A stretch of 64,000 nt of DNA from Dendrobates tinctorius (Eukaryota), in assembly GCF_039654945.1 (NCBI RefSeq), contig NW_027361684.1, forward strand, positions 31,682,001-31,746,000. The letters run 5' to 3'. Position 1 is the first letter of the stretch. Every line of letters starts with the position of its first letter. Position numbers and translations under genes: made by a program. Shown here one piece after another: positions 1-14,300 of the stretch. Under the pieces are notes generated by a model. The model saw only the letters and a list, made by a program, of their open reading frames with translations. It searched no databases and was not told where the DNA came from.

Positions 1-2313
1 CCGCTCCACCATGTGCAGGGTGGAGTTCCACCTTGTTGCAATGTCGATAATGAGGCGGTGGTTGGGAAGGTGGAGCAATCGCTGCAGCTTCTGCATACGA
101 ACGGAGTGTACAGGCGACCGGCGGATGTGCGCGCACAGTCTTCGCACCTTCTGGAGCAGGGCTGTTAACTCCGGATAATTTTTGAGGAAGCACTGCACCA
201 CCAGGTTCAAGGTGTGAGCCAAGCAAGGTATGTGGCTGAGTTTTGAAAGGGCTATGGCTGCCACAAAATTACGGCCGTTATCACTAACTACCTTGCCTGC
301 CTCAAGATGTACACTGCCCAGCCATGACTCAGTTTGTCGCTTCAAGTACTCGGCCAGCACCTCGGCAGTGTGTCTGTCGCCCAAACACATCATCTGCAAC
401 ACAGCCTGCTGACGCTTTCCACTAGCTGCTCGATAGGGGGACACATCGTGTGCAACAGTGGCAGCTGCAGATGGAGTGCTCGTACGACTGCGCTCTGTGG
501 ACGAGCTGTCGCTTCTGGAGGAGGAGGAGGAGGAGGAGGGTCGAACGCCTACAGCCAACTGTTTCCTAGACCGTGGGCTAGGCAGCACTGTCCCACCACC
601 GCTGTCCCCTGTGGACCCTGCATCCACCACATTAACCCAGTGCGCAGTGATGGACACGTAACGGCCCTGGCCATGCCGACTGGACCATGCATCAGTTGTG
701 AGGTGCACCTTTCCGCTCACTGACTGCTTGAGTGCATGGACAATGCGGTCTTTCACATGATGGTGGAGGGCTGGGATGGCTTTGCGAGAGAAGAAGTGGC
801 GACTGGGTAGGTCATAGCGTGGTACTGCATAGGCCATGAGTTCGCGGAAAGCTGTGCTTTCCACCAACCGAAAGGGCATCATCTCAAACGAGATTAGTTT
901 GGCAATGTGGGCGTTCAAACCCAGTGTACGCGGATGAGAGACTGAGTACTTTCTTGACCTACTCATAGTGTCTGGGAGGGTGAGCTGGACTTGAGAGCTG
1001 CATATGGTGGAAGTAGCGGTGGACAGGGCGGACTGAGAGAGGGTTGATGATGGTGATGGAGTTGGTGTTCTTTCTGATGGCCTAGAATCAGTCTTTCGTT
1101 GATATAACAGTGGGATTCCCTGACTGCTGTGGCCTTGCAACGACACCTCAACATTTGCTGCTGTGCTAACCGGTGTGCTTACAGTGGGGGAAACAATGTA
1201 GCGTTGCTGACTACCTTCGTTGTGATCAGTTGCACATGTGGCACTTGAGGTTTGGTGTTGTGTCCACGCTTGCAAGTGCATGCTGGTTAAATGTCTAAGC
1301 ATGCAACTGGTATTCAAATTTTTCAGATTTTTCCCTCGGCTAAAGGTCTTTGCGCACTTCTTACAGATAACCTTGGCCTGATCATGAGGATTTTGTTCAA
1401 AAAAGTGCCACACTGCACTCTTCCTACTTTGGCAGACATTTTGCGGCCTAGCACGCTGTGATCTTTTGACCCTCTGGACAAGCTGTCCAGCAACTCTTTT
1501 GATGTTTGGAACCTGTCTTTGGAGTGCTCCGGGCCTGCCAGATAACAGCTGTTGCGATGTCGATGTCTGCTGTGGATGCTCCTCATCTGAGCTATTGGAA
1601 GCAGCACCCTCTTCCCCCAATGGATGCCAATCTGGGTCAACAACTGGGTCATCCATCACCTCCTCTTCTATGTCATGTGCACCTTTCTCTGTGTCACCGT
1701 GTATGGTGGTATAGTGTGCGGGAAGGGGCACCTGAGTCTCATCAGGGTCAAAATCTGGCTCTGTACACTGCGAGGACAATGTAGTGCTCTGAGTGAATGT
1801 ACCAGCAGAATCATCCATCAGCGGCTGTGCATCAGTGCACTCCATGTCAGATTCATCTTGGCCTGGGTAATTCACCATTTGACTTGATAATCCAGGCATG
1901 GTATGTGAAAACAGCTCCATGGAGTAATCAGTAGTATGGCCTGCGTCATCCTTCAATCTTGGTTGGGGTGAAGGACACAAGGAAAGGTGTGGTTCATGAA
2001 CATGAGCCTCCAATGACGACTCAGTGCTTTTACTTTTTACAACTGAAGAAGAGGAGGCGATAGAGCTGGTGGCTGAGTCAGCAATGTAAGACAAAACTTT
2101 TTCCTGATGCTCTGCCTTTAAAAGCGGTTTGCCAACTCCTAGAAAACTAAGCGTTCGAGGCCTTATGTAAACAGACGATGATGCAGGGTCAGCACCTCCT
2201 GCATTTGGTCCTATTTTGCTCTTGCCACTACCATCAGATCCACCACCAACACCATCATTACCAGCTGCCAACCCCCGCCCAATTCCACGGCCTCTTCCAC
2301 CAGCCTTCCTCAT
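1..2313 (-). CDS. hAT-superfamily (ZBED-like) transposase, 5' 771 codons, open to the window edge
   Basis: Manual translation from ATG 2313 (MRKAGGRGRG...) finds no stop down to position 1; the ORF track omits it, presumably because the stop lies outside the window. Motifs: BED finger (SAVWHFF...VICKKC...HLTSMH, ~1275-1420), VHLTTDAWS (first catalytic D), VVSDNGRN, HIPCLAHTLNLVVQ (CxxH), IDIATRWNSTLHMVER. Confidence 0.92.
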   Translation of the reverse strand, partial: MRKAGGRGRGIGRGLAAGNDGVGGGSDGSGKSKIGPNAGGADPASSSVYIRPRTLSFLGVGKPLLKAEHQEKVLSYIADSATSSIASSSSVVKSKSTESSLEAHVHEPHLSLCPSPQPRLKDDAGHTTDYSMELFSHTMPGLSSQMVNYPGQDESDMECTDAQPLMDDSAGTFTQSTTLSSQCTEPDFDPDETQVPLPAHYTTIHGDTEKGAHDIEEEVMDDPVVDPDWHPLGEEGAASNSSDEEHPQQTSTSQQLLSGRPGALQRQVPNIKRVAGQLVQRVKRSQRARPQNVCQSRKSAVWHFFEQNPHDQAKVICKKCAKTFSRGKNLKNLNTSCMLRHLTSMHLQAWTQHQTSSATCATDHNEGSQQRYIVSPTVSTPVSTAANVEVSLQGHSSQGIPLLYQRKTDSRPSERTPTPSPSSTLSQSALSTATSTICSSQVQLTLPDTMSRSRKYSVSHPRTLGLNAHIAKLISFEMMPFRLVESTAFRELMAYAVPRYDLPSRHFFSRKAIPALHHHVKDRIVHALKQSVSGKVHLTTDAWSSRHGQGRYVSITAHWVNVVDAGSTGDSGGGTVLPSPRSRKQLAVGVRPSSSSSSSRSDSSSTERSRTSTPSAAATVAHDVSPYRAASGKRQQAVLQMMCLGDRHTAEVLAEYLKRQTESWLGSVHLEAGKVVSDNGRNFVAAIALSKLSHIPCLAHTLNLVVQCFLKNYPELTALLQKVRRLCAHIRRSPVHSVRMQKLQRLLHLPNHRLIIDIATRWNSTLHMVER

Positions 2314-2393
2314 TTTTGGTAGAAATGTAGACAAAATCCAACAAACTATATAGTAATGTAAAACAAGGTACAAGGTGTCTATAGGACAGGGGA

Positions 2394-3460
2394 GTTTTAG
2401 AATTTCTGCACACACTTGTGGACAGTGGACACTTGTGGATTGTGTGCGGCCCACTGATATCTGAGCGCTATGTGACACGCTCGATGGCACAGCTGCCTGT
2501 GACCAAAGTGACGAGAGGATAATGGAGATTTTGAATCTCTGCGTACACTTTTGGACACTGGACACTTGTGGATTGTGTGCGGCCCACTGATATCTGAGCG
2601 CTATGTGACACGCTCGATGGCACAGCTGCCTGTGACCAAAGTGACGAGAGGATAATGGAGATTTTGAATCTCTGCGTACACTTTTGGACACTGGACACTT
2701 GTGGATTGTGTGCGGCCCACTGATATCTGAGCGCTATGTGACACGCTCGATGGCACAGCTGCCTGTGACCAAAGTGACAAGAGGATAATGGAGATTTTGA
2801 ATCTCTGCGTACACTTTTGGACACTGGACACTTGTGGATTGTGTGCGGCCCACTGATATCTGAGCGCTATGTGACACGCTCGATGGCACAGCTGCCTGTG
2901 ACCAAAGTGACGAGAGGATAATGGAGATTTTGAATCTCTGCGTACACTTTTGGACACTGGACACTTGTGGATTGTGTGCGGCCCACTGATATCTGAGCGC
3001 TATGTGACACGCTCGATGGCACAGCTGCCTGTGACCAAAGTGACGAGAGGATAATGGAGATTTTGAATCTCTGCGTACACTTTTGGACACTGGACACTTG
3101 TGGATTGTGTGCGGCCCACTGATATCTGAGCGCTATGTGACACGCTCGATGGCACAGCTGCCTGTGACCAAAGTGACGAGAGGATAATGGAGATTTTGAA
3201 TCTCTGCAAACACTTTTGGACACTGGACACTTGTGGATTGTGTGCGTCCCACTGATATCTGAGCGCTATGTGACACGCTCGATGGCACAGCTGCCTGTGA
3301 ACAAAGTGACGAGAGGATAATGGAGATTTTGAATCTCTGCGTACACTTTTGGACACTGGACACTTGTGGATTGTGTGCGGCCCACTGATATCTGAGCGCT
3401 ATGTGACACGCTCGATGGCACAGCTGCCTGTGACCAAAGTGACGAGAGGATAAGGGAGAT
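2394..3460. repeat. 133-bp tandem array, ~8 near-identical copies
   Basis: Unit gattttgaatctctgcgtacac...gagaggataatgga recurs every 133 bp; the ORF track repeats at 133-bp offsets. Confidence 0.95.
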
Positions 3461-3719
3461 TGGATTGCTTTTAAAAAAGCAGTTTGCGGAGCAGTGGGTA
3501 AACAGCAATGCCAGCGTGTCAGGAAGCCTTAGAAGGCAGCCCAACAACCAACACCACTGATACACCACAATATAGCCTCCCCTTGCACTGCACACACAGT
3601 GACTTGTGTGTTGTGCAGGCCAAATCGCTAGCAGCAGAAGCAGTTTTTTTGTCTTCTTCCCTGCCTAACGCTCTCCCTACAGAATCAGCAGCAACCTCTC
3701 CCTATACTAAGATCGGCAG

Positions 3720-3872
3720 AAGTAAGATGGCGGTCGGCGTGCACGCCCTTTTATACCCCCTGTGACGCCCACCAAAGCAAGCCAATCACTTGCATGCCCT
3801 TCTGAAAGATGGTGGTGACCCGTGCCTATGTCATCACGTTGCCCACAGTGTCCGTGGATCCTGATTGGCTGA
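3720..3872 (-). promoter_or_regulatory. Putative Pol II promoter of the hAT transposase
   Basis: TATAAAA (minus, 3755-3749), YY1/initiator-like CGCCATCTT ~25 bp downstream (3732-3724), CCAAT boxes near 3782 and 3865. Confidence 0.65.
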
Positions 3873-4102
3873 AAAAGAGCGCAAAACAAACTTTTGAAAC
3901 GCGACTTTGGCGCCTAAGTCGCCGACCTCGTGGCCGACCTCATCCTAGGGTCGGGTTTCGTTTCATGAAACCCGACTTTGCCAAAAGTCGGCGACTTTTG
4001 AATTTTTTCGACCCGTTTCGCTCAACTCTAGTAATAAACAGTAATAGTATATACTTAGTAAATTTGGAGGACAATTAGAGCAGGAGCATTACCAAACCTT
4101 GA

Positions 4103-4431
4103 GGCTATGTGCACACGTAGTTTTGAGAGCTGCAGATTTTTCCCCGCGGATTTGGTCAAAAGTCCTGCGGTTTACCTGCGGATTAGCCTGTGGTCTAGCC
4201 CTGCGGTTTCACACCTCACAATGGATAAGGTGTGAAACCGCAGCGGAATCCGCACAAAGAATTGACATGCTGCGGATTGTAACCCGCAGCAAATCCGCAA
4301 CATGTGCACAGCGTTTTTGGTTTTACCATTGAAAACAATGGTACTGTACAACGCAGCAGAAACTGCTGCGGACCCGCAGGGCCAGAAACTCTGCGGATCT
4401 GCAGCAGAATCCGCAGCGTGTGCACATAGCC
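4103..4431. mobile_element. PIF/Harbinger-type MITE
   Basis: TIR GGCTATGTGCACACG / CGTGTGCACATAGCC, 3-bp TGA duplication, internal CCGCA/TGCGG repeats. Relatives at 58053-58417 and 60626-60969. Confidence 0.8.
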
Positions 4432-4685
4432 TGAAGCTGAAGGCACTGAACACATGTGCAGGTATTTGACTGACCTTTCCCATGGGAATGGTTTAGTGGT
4501 AACTGCCAAATCATCTCTAGTAAAAGACTGTAAGTGGAGGCAAATGGATGACCAAATGTGCCACCTGTGGAGTGGATTTTGGAGGTGTGTGGGGGTGTAT
4601 AGCAATGTAACAATATGAGGACTGGAGGCAAGCATGAAAAAAACAATGTTATATGCATGCAGCTGGCATGGACCAGTTTCATATA

Positions 4686-5454
4686 CAGTACTGTGCAAAT
4701 GTTTTTAGCAGGTGTGGAAATACTGCATAGTAAGAATGCTTTCAAAACTAGCAGTATTAATAGTTTAATTTTATAGATTAACAAACTGCAAAGCAAATGA
4801 ACAAAAGAGAAATCTAATGAAAAAAAAATAAATTGCTCAGGAATATGTTGGCGTTATAGAAATAAAATTATTATTTATTTTATTATTTGGTGTGTCTGTT
4901 TTCTTTCAAAACATCATCAAAGCATCAATTGCTCTTGGTAGACTTAGAGTGTTTGACGGAGTGCAGCAGGGAAGTTGTTCCAAACATGTTCGAGAACCGA
5001 CCACAAATGTTCTATGGATGTTGACTTTTGCAAATCCTTGTGTCCTACAACCAATGTCATTAAGAACTATCTGTACTGCAAAGCAGAATAAGGAGTCCTG
5101 GAAGTGAAGATATGGCCCACATAGAGCCCTGATCTCTTCATCATCAATGCTGTCTGGGATTACATGAAGAGACAGAAAGATTTGAGCAAGCAAACATCCA
5201 CAGAAGATCTGTGGTTAGTTCTACAAAATGTTTAGAAGAACCTTCCTGCAGAGAAGCTTCAAAAACTGTTTAAGGAAAATTGAATGCAAAGGGTGGACAC
5301 AGCAAATAGTGACTTGATCTGTATATATATTTTGTTTTTTCACTTTGGATTTTGTTAATTGATAAAAATAAACTATTAACGCTTCGATTTCTGAAAGCAT
5401 TTGTACTTTGCAGCATTTTTTCCCACACTTGAATAAAACTTTTGCACAGTACTA
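4686..5454 (+). mobile_element. Internally deleted Tc1-like element
   Basis: TA-CAGTACTGTGCAAA ... TTTGCACAGTACT ends; decayed WP.SPDL..I..VW transposase fragment at ~5105-5170. Confidence 0.7.
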
Positions 5455-5505
5455 TGAGTCTTGTGACTTTCAAAGGACATTTTTCAGGTCAAATAATGTG
5501 ATGTA

Positions 5506-5702
5506 GGCCGGGGTTAGACTTGCGAGAGCAATACGAGAAACTTGTTCGAGTCTCTCGCATCAATACCCGGAACGGCCGGGGACTGGAGTGTGCGGCTGCA
5601 TAGAAATACATGCTGTCGCATCCTTCAGTCTGAGTGCCAGCCACAGTTCCGGGTATTGATGCGTGAGTTTCTCGCATTGCACACGCAAATGTGATCCCTG
5701 CC
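5506..5702. mobile_element. Short palindromic MITE (Harbinger-like)
   Basis: Imperfect TIRs ggccggggttagacttgcg / cgcaaatgtgatccctgcc; internal inverted repeat cgcatcaatacccggaac / gttccgggtattgatgcg. Confidence 0.55.
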
Positions 5703-7220
5703 ATTGAGAGAGGTCCTGATCGGCAAGTTATGATGACCGTTACCTCTTATGCCTAAGTTTTCAATCGCATATTAAATCACTTCATGCCAGAATCATACTG
5801 TAGAAATATCTTTCTGTTTGCACATGGGTACAGTAGAAGCACAAGAATCATGGTATTTTAGACCATTTTTTTTACACTTATACAAATTTCATGAGATGGA
5901 AATTTGTTTTTGCAAATCTACAAAACATTTTCAGCATGTAACCACATGGCGGCACTCTTTTATCAGTATAGATCAAAAGGACTATTGGTGAAAAAGGAAA
6001 ATTATACCAGTTTACATTAAAATATGTAAATGTGCAGACCAATACTTCTGCAGGTTTGGAATAACACGCCGAGCTTGAATGGAAAAATAAACAGAGCTTA
6101 AAGCTAACAAAATAAGAGATGTTTAGGTATCGTGTTTCTGTGAGCGGCGGTATACAATATGGCATCTGAAAAGCCGTATTTTGAATATTTTAAAATGATT
6201 TTACACTTCCTTTTCAGGGCATAATTGACATTATTATCAAGTCAGAATTTCCACAGCTCAACAGTCTTTCACAGTCACAGGTGCAGATGGGCGCCAGGGT
6301 TCCGAGATGCTGAACAGATCAAATTTTCCATCTAAAAGGGCAGTGTAATTATAAGCGATTAGGCATACCTAAGCCAAAAAGGCCTTAGTAAAATAAAATC
6401 AATGGTGTAAATCCACTTACAGCACACACTTATAAGCCCGGCATTATGAGTCCACAGGGCTAAACGCTAAATATGAGCACATACTGTAGAAAACCTTGCC
6501 GTAATTATCATATTTTAAAATGAAAGCGTCAGGGATGAACGATCGTACAATTTGCTTTGTTTGGTTTTAAAGTCTCATATCACTTTGTAGATTCCTTTTG
6601 TCTGTAAGGGTTTATTTGTCCTGTATTTTTTTTTTTTTTTGGGGGGGGGGAATAAATATAAAATAATTTTGTTAAAAATCAGGTAATTGGAAATCAGGGA
6701 TTTTTTTACCTGCTATTTTATTTTAAAAAAAGTCGTGAAAAACATTTGGCACATGGGCTATAGGAACATTTTTTTAAAAACTTTCATCAAGTCCAGGTGC
6801 TAGAACTTTTATTTTTATGTTTTTGTAATAGTATAAAGAGTTGTAGGTTTTTTTAGACACCATAAAGGACATGATTACAAGAGGGCGTGCTTTGAAACCT
6901 TTCTATGTAAAAACATATAGGCGTTCATATGTTCAGTCTTTTAACTGCTTCAGATTTCTAAAGATGCAAAGGTGATTAAAAGAAGTGGCCTGACCATTTT
7001 TCAGGTCTTTCCTGCCCTGAATTTTACAATACAAGTCAATGGGAAGGCTCGAAAGACGCCCGGTGTCTTTTTTGAACGTTTTGCCAGACTTTTCTGCTTC
7101 AAAAAACACTATTGATTTCTTCATTGTTGATTGATGTTTAAAAAAAAACATACCAAAAAAAACACTAGTTCAAAATGCTCCATAAAAATACTGGGGGTCA
7201 AAAACATCTATGGCTATGTA

Positions 7221-8812
<1,592 letters not shown>

Positions 8813-9479
8813 TAGATGGAAAAATAAAAAAAGTTATGGCTCTTGGAAGAAGGAGAGGAAAGAAAACAATTGCAAATCGCCGTATCATGAAGGGGTTAAA
8901 GTTTGGTGAAAATGGCTTGAAAACATGATTCTCAGGTCAGTACAAGTAAGGTGATACCACAATTATTTAGGTTTTTTTTATACTTACAAGGTCTAAAAAA
9001 TTAATAACTTTGAAGAAAAAAATTTGATTAGTGCCACCATTTTCTGTGATCCATAAACTTAGAAATTTTCAATAGATGGAGGACTTAATTTTTTATGTGG
9101 GAAGCTGCTATTTTCATTTTTATAATTTTGGGATGCATACATGGTGCAGTATCTAAACAATGAAAGTTCTGGAGTTTCAATTATTTGCTTTATTTTTCTT
9201 TGCAGCATTCACCATACAGGTTACATATTTTTTTACAGCATAAATTGACAGGCTGTGGATCTCAAACCCACAGTTCTTGTCATTTTACACTGTGGATATA
9301 CTGTATTTTGTAGCATGACATGAGATTTCTTAAAATTACATGCAATTTGCTGACACTATAAAACACAGCAAATTTTCTGCAAGGGAATAATTTTCTGTGT
9401 TTTCATACCACGGGAACCAAGTCATACTGACGTGCACTAGGTCCTTCAAAACAATTTGCGCCAACTCTAGTGGCCATCT

Positions 9480-9672
9480 TACCTTCTCCTTCTGTATCCT
9501 CATCCATCCCTTGTAGATTGTGAGCCCTCACGGGTAGGGTCCTCTCTCCTCCTGTACCAGTCGGTGACTCGTTTTGTTCAAGATTATTTTGTTTTTGTTG
9601 TGTATATCCCCTTTCACATGTAAAGCGCCATGGAAAAAATGGTGCTATAATAATACATCATAAATAATAATA
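9480..9672 (+). mobile_element. Isolated 3' tail of an L2-type LINE
   Basis: gtagattgtgagccctc...tgtaaagcgccatgg...(aat)n tail; closely similar to 18270-18395, the end of the L2 below. Confidence 0.7.
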
Positions 9673-10054
9673 TTAAAGTTTTGGGCAGGAGCTGTACATT
9701 TAGTTTGAAGGATTAAACTGGATCCTCTCTTGGAAGATCAGCAAAGCCTTTGTCTGGGAAACATTTTCCTGAACCTTCCATTTGGGGCCGGACTCTGTCC
9801 ATGACACTAAATAGTGTCCACGTAAATGAGTCATTACACTGATCATTTCCTTTCACACAGCTTGAGCATTAAAATGTAATGTCAAAAATAATCAAATTCT
9901 TCATAGCTTCTAGACACAGCAGGAAGGCAATGTATCTTGTAAAAATGCAACTTTAACCCCTTCGTGATGTGGCCAATTTCCATTTTTTGCGTTTTCTCTT
10001 TTTCCTCCCCTTCTTCCCAGAGCCATAATGCTTTTATTTTTCTGTCCTCATGCA

Positions 10055-10772
10055 GGTACAGAATATCATCAAAAAGTGAATTTATTTCAGTTCTTCAATT
10101 CCAAAAAGTGAAACTCAGATATTATATAGTCATTACAAACAGAGTGATCTATTTCAAGTGTTTATTTCTGTTAATGTTGATGATTATGGCTTACAGCCAA
10201 TGAAAACCCAAAAGTCATTATCCCAGTAAATTAGAATACTTTGAAACATCAGCTTAAAAAAATTATTTTAAAATCCAAAATGTTGTCATGCTGAAATATA
10301 TATTCAGTACTTGTTTGGGGCTCCTTTGGCATCAATTACTGCATCCATGTGGCGTGGAATGGAGGCGATCAGCCTGTGGCACTGCTGAGGTGTTTTGGAA
10401 GCCCAGGTTGCTTTGATAACAGCCTTCAGCTCGTCTGCATTTTGGGTGTGGTGTCTCTCATCTTCCTCTTGACAACACCCCTTAGATTATGGGGTTAAAG
10501 TCAGGTGAGTTTGCTGGCCAATCAAGCACAGTGATACTGTTGATTTTAAACCAGGTATTGGTACTTTTGGCAGTGTGGACAGATGCCAAGTCCAGCTGGA
10601 GAATGAAATTTCCATCTCCAAAAAGTTTGTTGGCAAAGTGAAACATGAAGTGCTCTAAAATTTCCTGGTAGACGGCTGCGCTGACTTTGGTCTTGATAAA
10701 ACACAGTGGGCCTACACCAGCAGATGACATGGCTCCCCAAACCATCACTGATTGTGGAAACTTCAGAAAGTG
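10055..10772 (-). pseudogene. Truncated Tc1 element with C-terminal transposase fragment
   Basis: KFPQSVMVWGAMSSAGVG...LDWPANSPDFNPI in ORF 10482-10823. Confidence 0.8.
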
Positions 10773-11270
10773 TCGGCGGTGCAAGGCAGGAAAGGAGTTC
10801 CCCCTTGCACATTGATCTTCCATCTGTGGCCTTCAGGAAAATGGCTGCTGGAGGCGATTCATGCACAGGTTGAGATCTCAGCTCATCCTTGAGCAGGGGT
10901 TTCAATCTTCGCATGCGCCGACTCCAATGGCCATTTTCCTGAAGCTAACTGTGGGGAGGTCACTGTGCAGAGCAGGGACTCCACTCCTACTTCGCACCGC
11001 CAATATTTTCCTGAAGGTTACCATTGGAAGATCAATGGCTCCTACCTCGCACCTCAGGGACACCCCCTCCTCCTATCACAGGGTCTGCAGCAGTGCCCCA
11101 CTCCTGCCACCATCAGCTTCCTGCAGCAGCGACCCTGCCTTCTGTGACTTCACTGGTAGGCTATAAGATGAACCCCCATTTTCACATTAAAAAATGTTTT
11201 TCCCTATTTTCTTCCTCTAAATTTGAGGTGCATCTTGTGTTCCGGTGAGTCTTAAAGTCCAAAAATACGG
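10773..11270. mobile_element. Right part of a non-autonomous mariner-like element (CCGTATTTT end)
   Basis: Ends ...gtccaaaaatacgg-TA; same end type as the element starting at 31270. Confidence 0.55.
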
Positions 11271-11329
11271 TATGTGTATTTTATTTTTTTTTGTTATTTT
11301 TAATTTTTTATGGGGAAAAGCAGGGTGAC

Positions 11330-14300
11330 AGTGTGCTTTGCTATGCTTTACAAGCGAACAGACTGCAAAAACTGAAAGTCCTATAGTGAGGCAATGTTAA
11401 AAAGTAAATCGAAGGGAAAAAATAATAATAAAAAAAATATTTTACCTATAAATAATGTTTTTATGAAAAAAAAATAAACAAAAATAGTACACATATTTGG
11501 TATTGCTGCATCTGGAATGACCTGACCTATAAAACTGTCCCACTAGTTAATCCCTTTAGTGAACACCATAAAAAAAAAAAAATTAAAAAAAAAGGCAAAA
11601 AACAATGCTTTGCCATTGTACTGCGGAACAAAAAGTGGAATAAAACTAGATAAAAAAGAGGAATGGTATTGGTATTGCTGAATAAATGGTATTGCTGAAA
11701 ACATCATCTCGTCCTGAAAAAAACAAGCCATCATACAGCTCTAAAAGCAGAAAAATAAAAAACTTATAGCTCTCAGAGTAAAGTGATACAAAAATAATTA
11801 TTTTTTGTATAAAATAGTTTTTATTGTGTAAAAGCGCATAAAAAGAGACATAAATGTGGTATCACTGTAATCATACTGACCTGAAGAGTAAAGCTGCCTT
11901 ATCAATTTTACCACACGCAGAATGACATAAAAAAAACAAAAAAAACCCCAATTCTTGAATTGTTGTTTTTTGTTCATTCTACCTCCCAAAAATCTGAATA
12001 GAAAGTGATCAAAAAATGTCGTGTCCGGAAATGGTACCAATAAAAATGTTAACTTGTCCCGCAAAAAAACACCTCACCTGACTCTGTCAGTTGAAATATG
12101 GAATAACTATAGCTCTCAAAATATGGAGATTCAAAACTTTGCCAAAAAAAGCGTCTTTTAGTGTGTGGCAGCAGCCAAACAGAAAAACTCGGAATAAATC
12201 TCTGTAATCGCACAGACCCAAAGAATAAAGTCGTCTAATCACTTTTACTGCATGAGGAGCAGCATAAAAAATAAATAAAAACAATTCTTCACCTGCTGTT
12301 GATTTGTTCATTCTGTCTCCCAAAGATCGCAGTAAGGCTCTGCATTAAAATTACCCTGCACTGTGCGCTGAGCACTTACACTGGGGTTTTTTGTGTGACT
12401 CTCTGAAATACGTGATTGAGATGGAACCCCCTGCAGTTGATTCCCTATAATGAGGTAAATGGAGGCACTTCAGTCACCGATTGACCTGTGATCCGGCAGT
12501 GACTGTCTTTTTAGGCATACATAAAGACCCAGTCTGCCACAGTTTAGTACACTTTAAAAAAAAGGACATCGCTGAACAGAGGTAACTGCCTCATTATAGC
12601 AAATGGATTCCTCGGGAGTTTCATCTGAATCATGTCTCTCAGACATTTAGATGGAAACCCAAAAGTAAGGGCTCAGAATACAGCACAGGATAAATATGAT
12701 CCCAAAGGTTATGCAAAATGTACCCAATAAAAGCTTCAACTCAATCCACAAAAAAGCCCCCACTCAGGTCTTTCATCTATCAATGGAAATATAGGGGGCT
12801 TCCATGTTACTGGTAGCACAAAGGTTCTGAAAAAGTGAAATGGCTCCTCGCCCCCAAAAGAAATTCAGCAAATTCTGCACTCCCAAATCCAATTGCCCCT
12901 CTCCCTTCTGAGCCCCACAGTGTGCCTAAACCACATATAGCTTCCACATGTTTGGCATTTATGTACCTAATTTATGGGTGCATGTCTCCAGAAGCATGAG
13001 CTGGGCATAGCATACTGGTCATTACAACTGCAGCTTGCAATTTTTACTCAGCAATATCCACTGCTGTTTGTTTCTGGAAAACACCCATGGAGTCAAAATC
13101 GTCACTACTCTCGTACATAGATTCCCAAAGAAGTATAATTTCCAAAATGGGGTCACTTGAGGTGGGAGGTGGGATTCTGCACTTCTAGCAGTTAGGAGCT
13201 CTATATGTAGTCTGCAAACTATTCTAGGAAAATCTGTGCTCCAGGAGGCAAATAGCACTCTGTCCCTCCCTAGTCTCGCCGTGTGGCTAAGCAGAAATGT
13301 ACAGTCATATATAGGGTATTTATACATTCAGCAAAAATTGTGGGACAAATTTTGGTGCCATTTTTACCCATATTCCAGTGTGAAAATGTAAAATCTGGAA
13401 CTAAAACACAACTAATGTGGTAAAAATGTCATTATTTTTTTCTTCTCTGCCTAATAGATTAAAATTCTGTGCCTCATTTAGGCTAGTTTCACACTAGCGT
13501 TTGTTCGACGCAGCGCACGGCGCCGCTAAGCCCCGCCCCCTGCTGGCTCCCTGCCCGCCCCATCCAGTCATCGCCGCCTACTATCGCACATGGACGCTTG
13601 CGATCTGCGCACCCTATCTTTCCGCGAATCTGCGTAAATAAAACATATGGGGCTAAAAGAACATTTTTGTTGGAAAAATTTGATTTTTTTTTATTTTTAC
13701 GGCTCTACATTATAAACTTCTGTGAAGCACCTAGCAGTTCAAGGTGCTCACTACACACCTAGATAAGTTCACTGAGGGGTTTGGTTTCAAAAATAGTGTC
13801 ACTTTTGGGGGGGTTTCCAATGATTAGGCACATCAGAGGCTCTCTAAACAAGTTTTAGGGTCCATTTTCCCTTTGCCTTGGGAAAATAAAAAATATGGGA
13901 CTAAAAGAACATTTTTGAGGGGAAAATTAGATTTTTTTTATTTTCATGGCTCATTATAAAATTCTGTGAAGCACCTGGGGGTTCAAGGAGCTCACCACAC
14001 ATCTAGGGGTCTAGTTTCCAAAATGGTGTCACATGTGGGGGGGTTTCAATCTTTAGGCACAGAAGGGGCTCTTCAAATGCGACATGGCATCCGCTAAATA
14101 TTCTAGCAAATTTTACATACGAAAAGTCAAATAGTGGATTTTCCCTTCTTAACCCTGCCATGTGACCAAACAGTGATTTTCCCCCATATATGGGATATCG
14201 TCATGCTCAGGAGAAATTTCATAACACATTTTGGAATCCAAATTTTCCTGTTACCCTTGTGAAACTAAAAAAAATATTGGTTCAAAAGTAAAATTTTTGT

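Larger units (their letters stand above)
1..4030 (-). mobile_element. Autonomous hAT DNA transposon, 5' portion
   Basis: Terminus TAGAGTTGAGCGAAACGGGTCG (minus) ends at 4030, followed by subterminal CGAC-rich repeats, a promoter and the transposase. The other end lies outside the window; the predicted 8-bp TSD is GTAATAAA (4031-4038). Confidence 0.8.

Noticed and set aside
2394-3460. CRISPR-like array or repeated 118-aa ORFs
   Set aside because: Units are contiguous and near-identical with no unique spacers; the ORFs have no ATG and arise from the repeat.
6255-6331. Possible terminal coding exon on the minus strand (ag|..GKFDLFSISEPWRPSAPVTVKDC*)
   Set aside because: I do not recognise the peptide, and the nearest upstream donor-flanked segment (~6421-6483) has stops in all frames.
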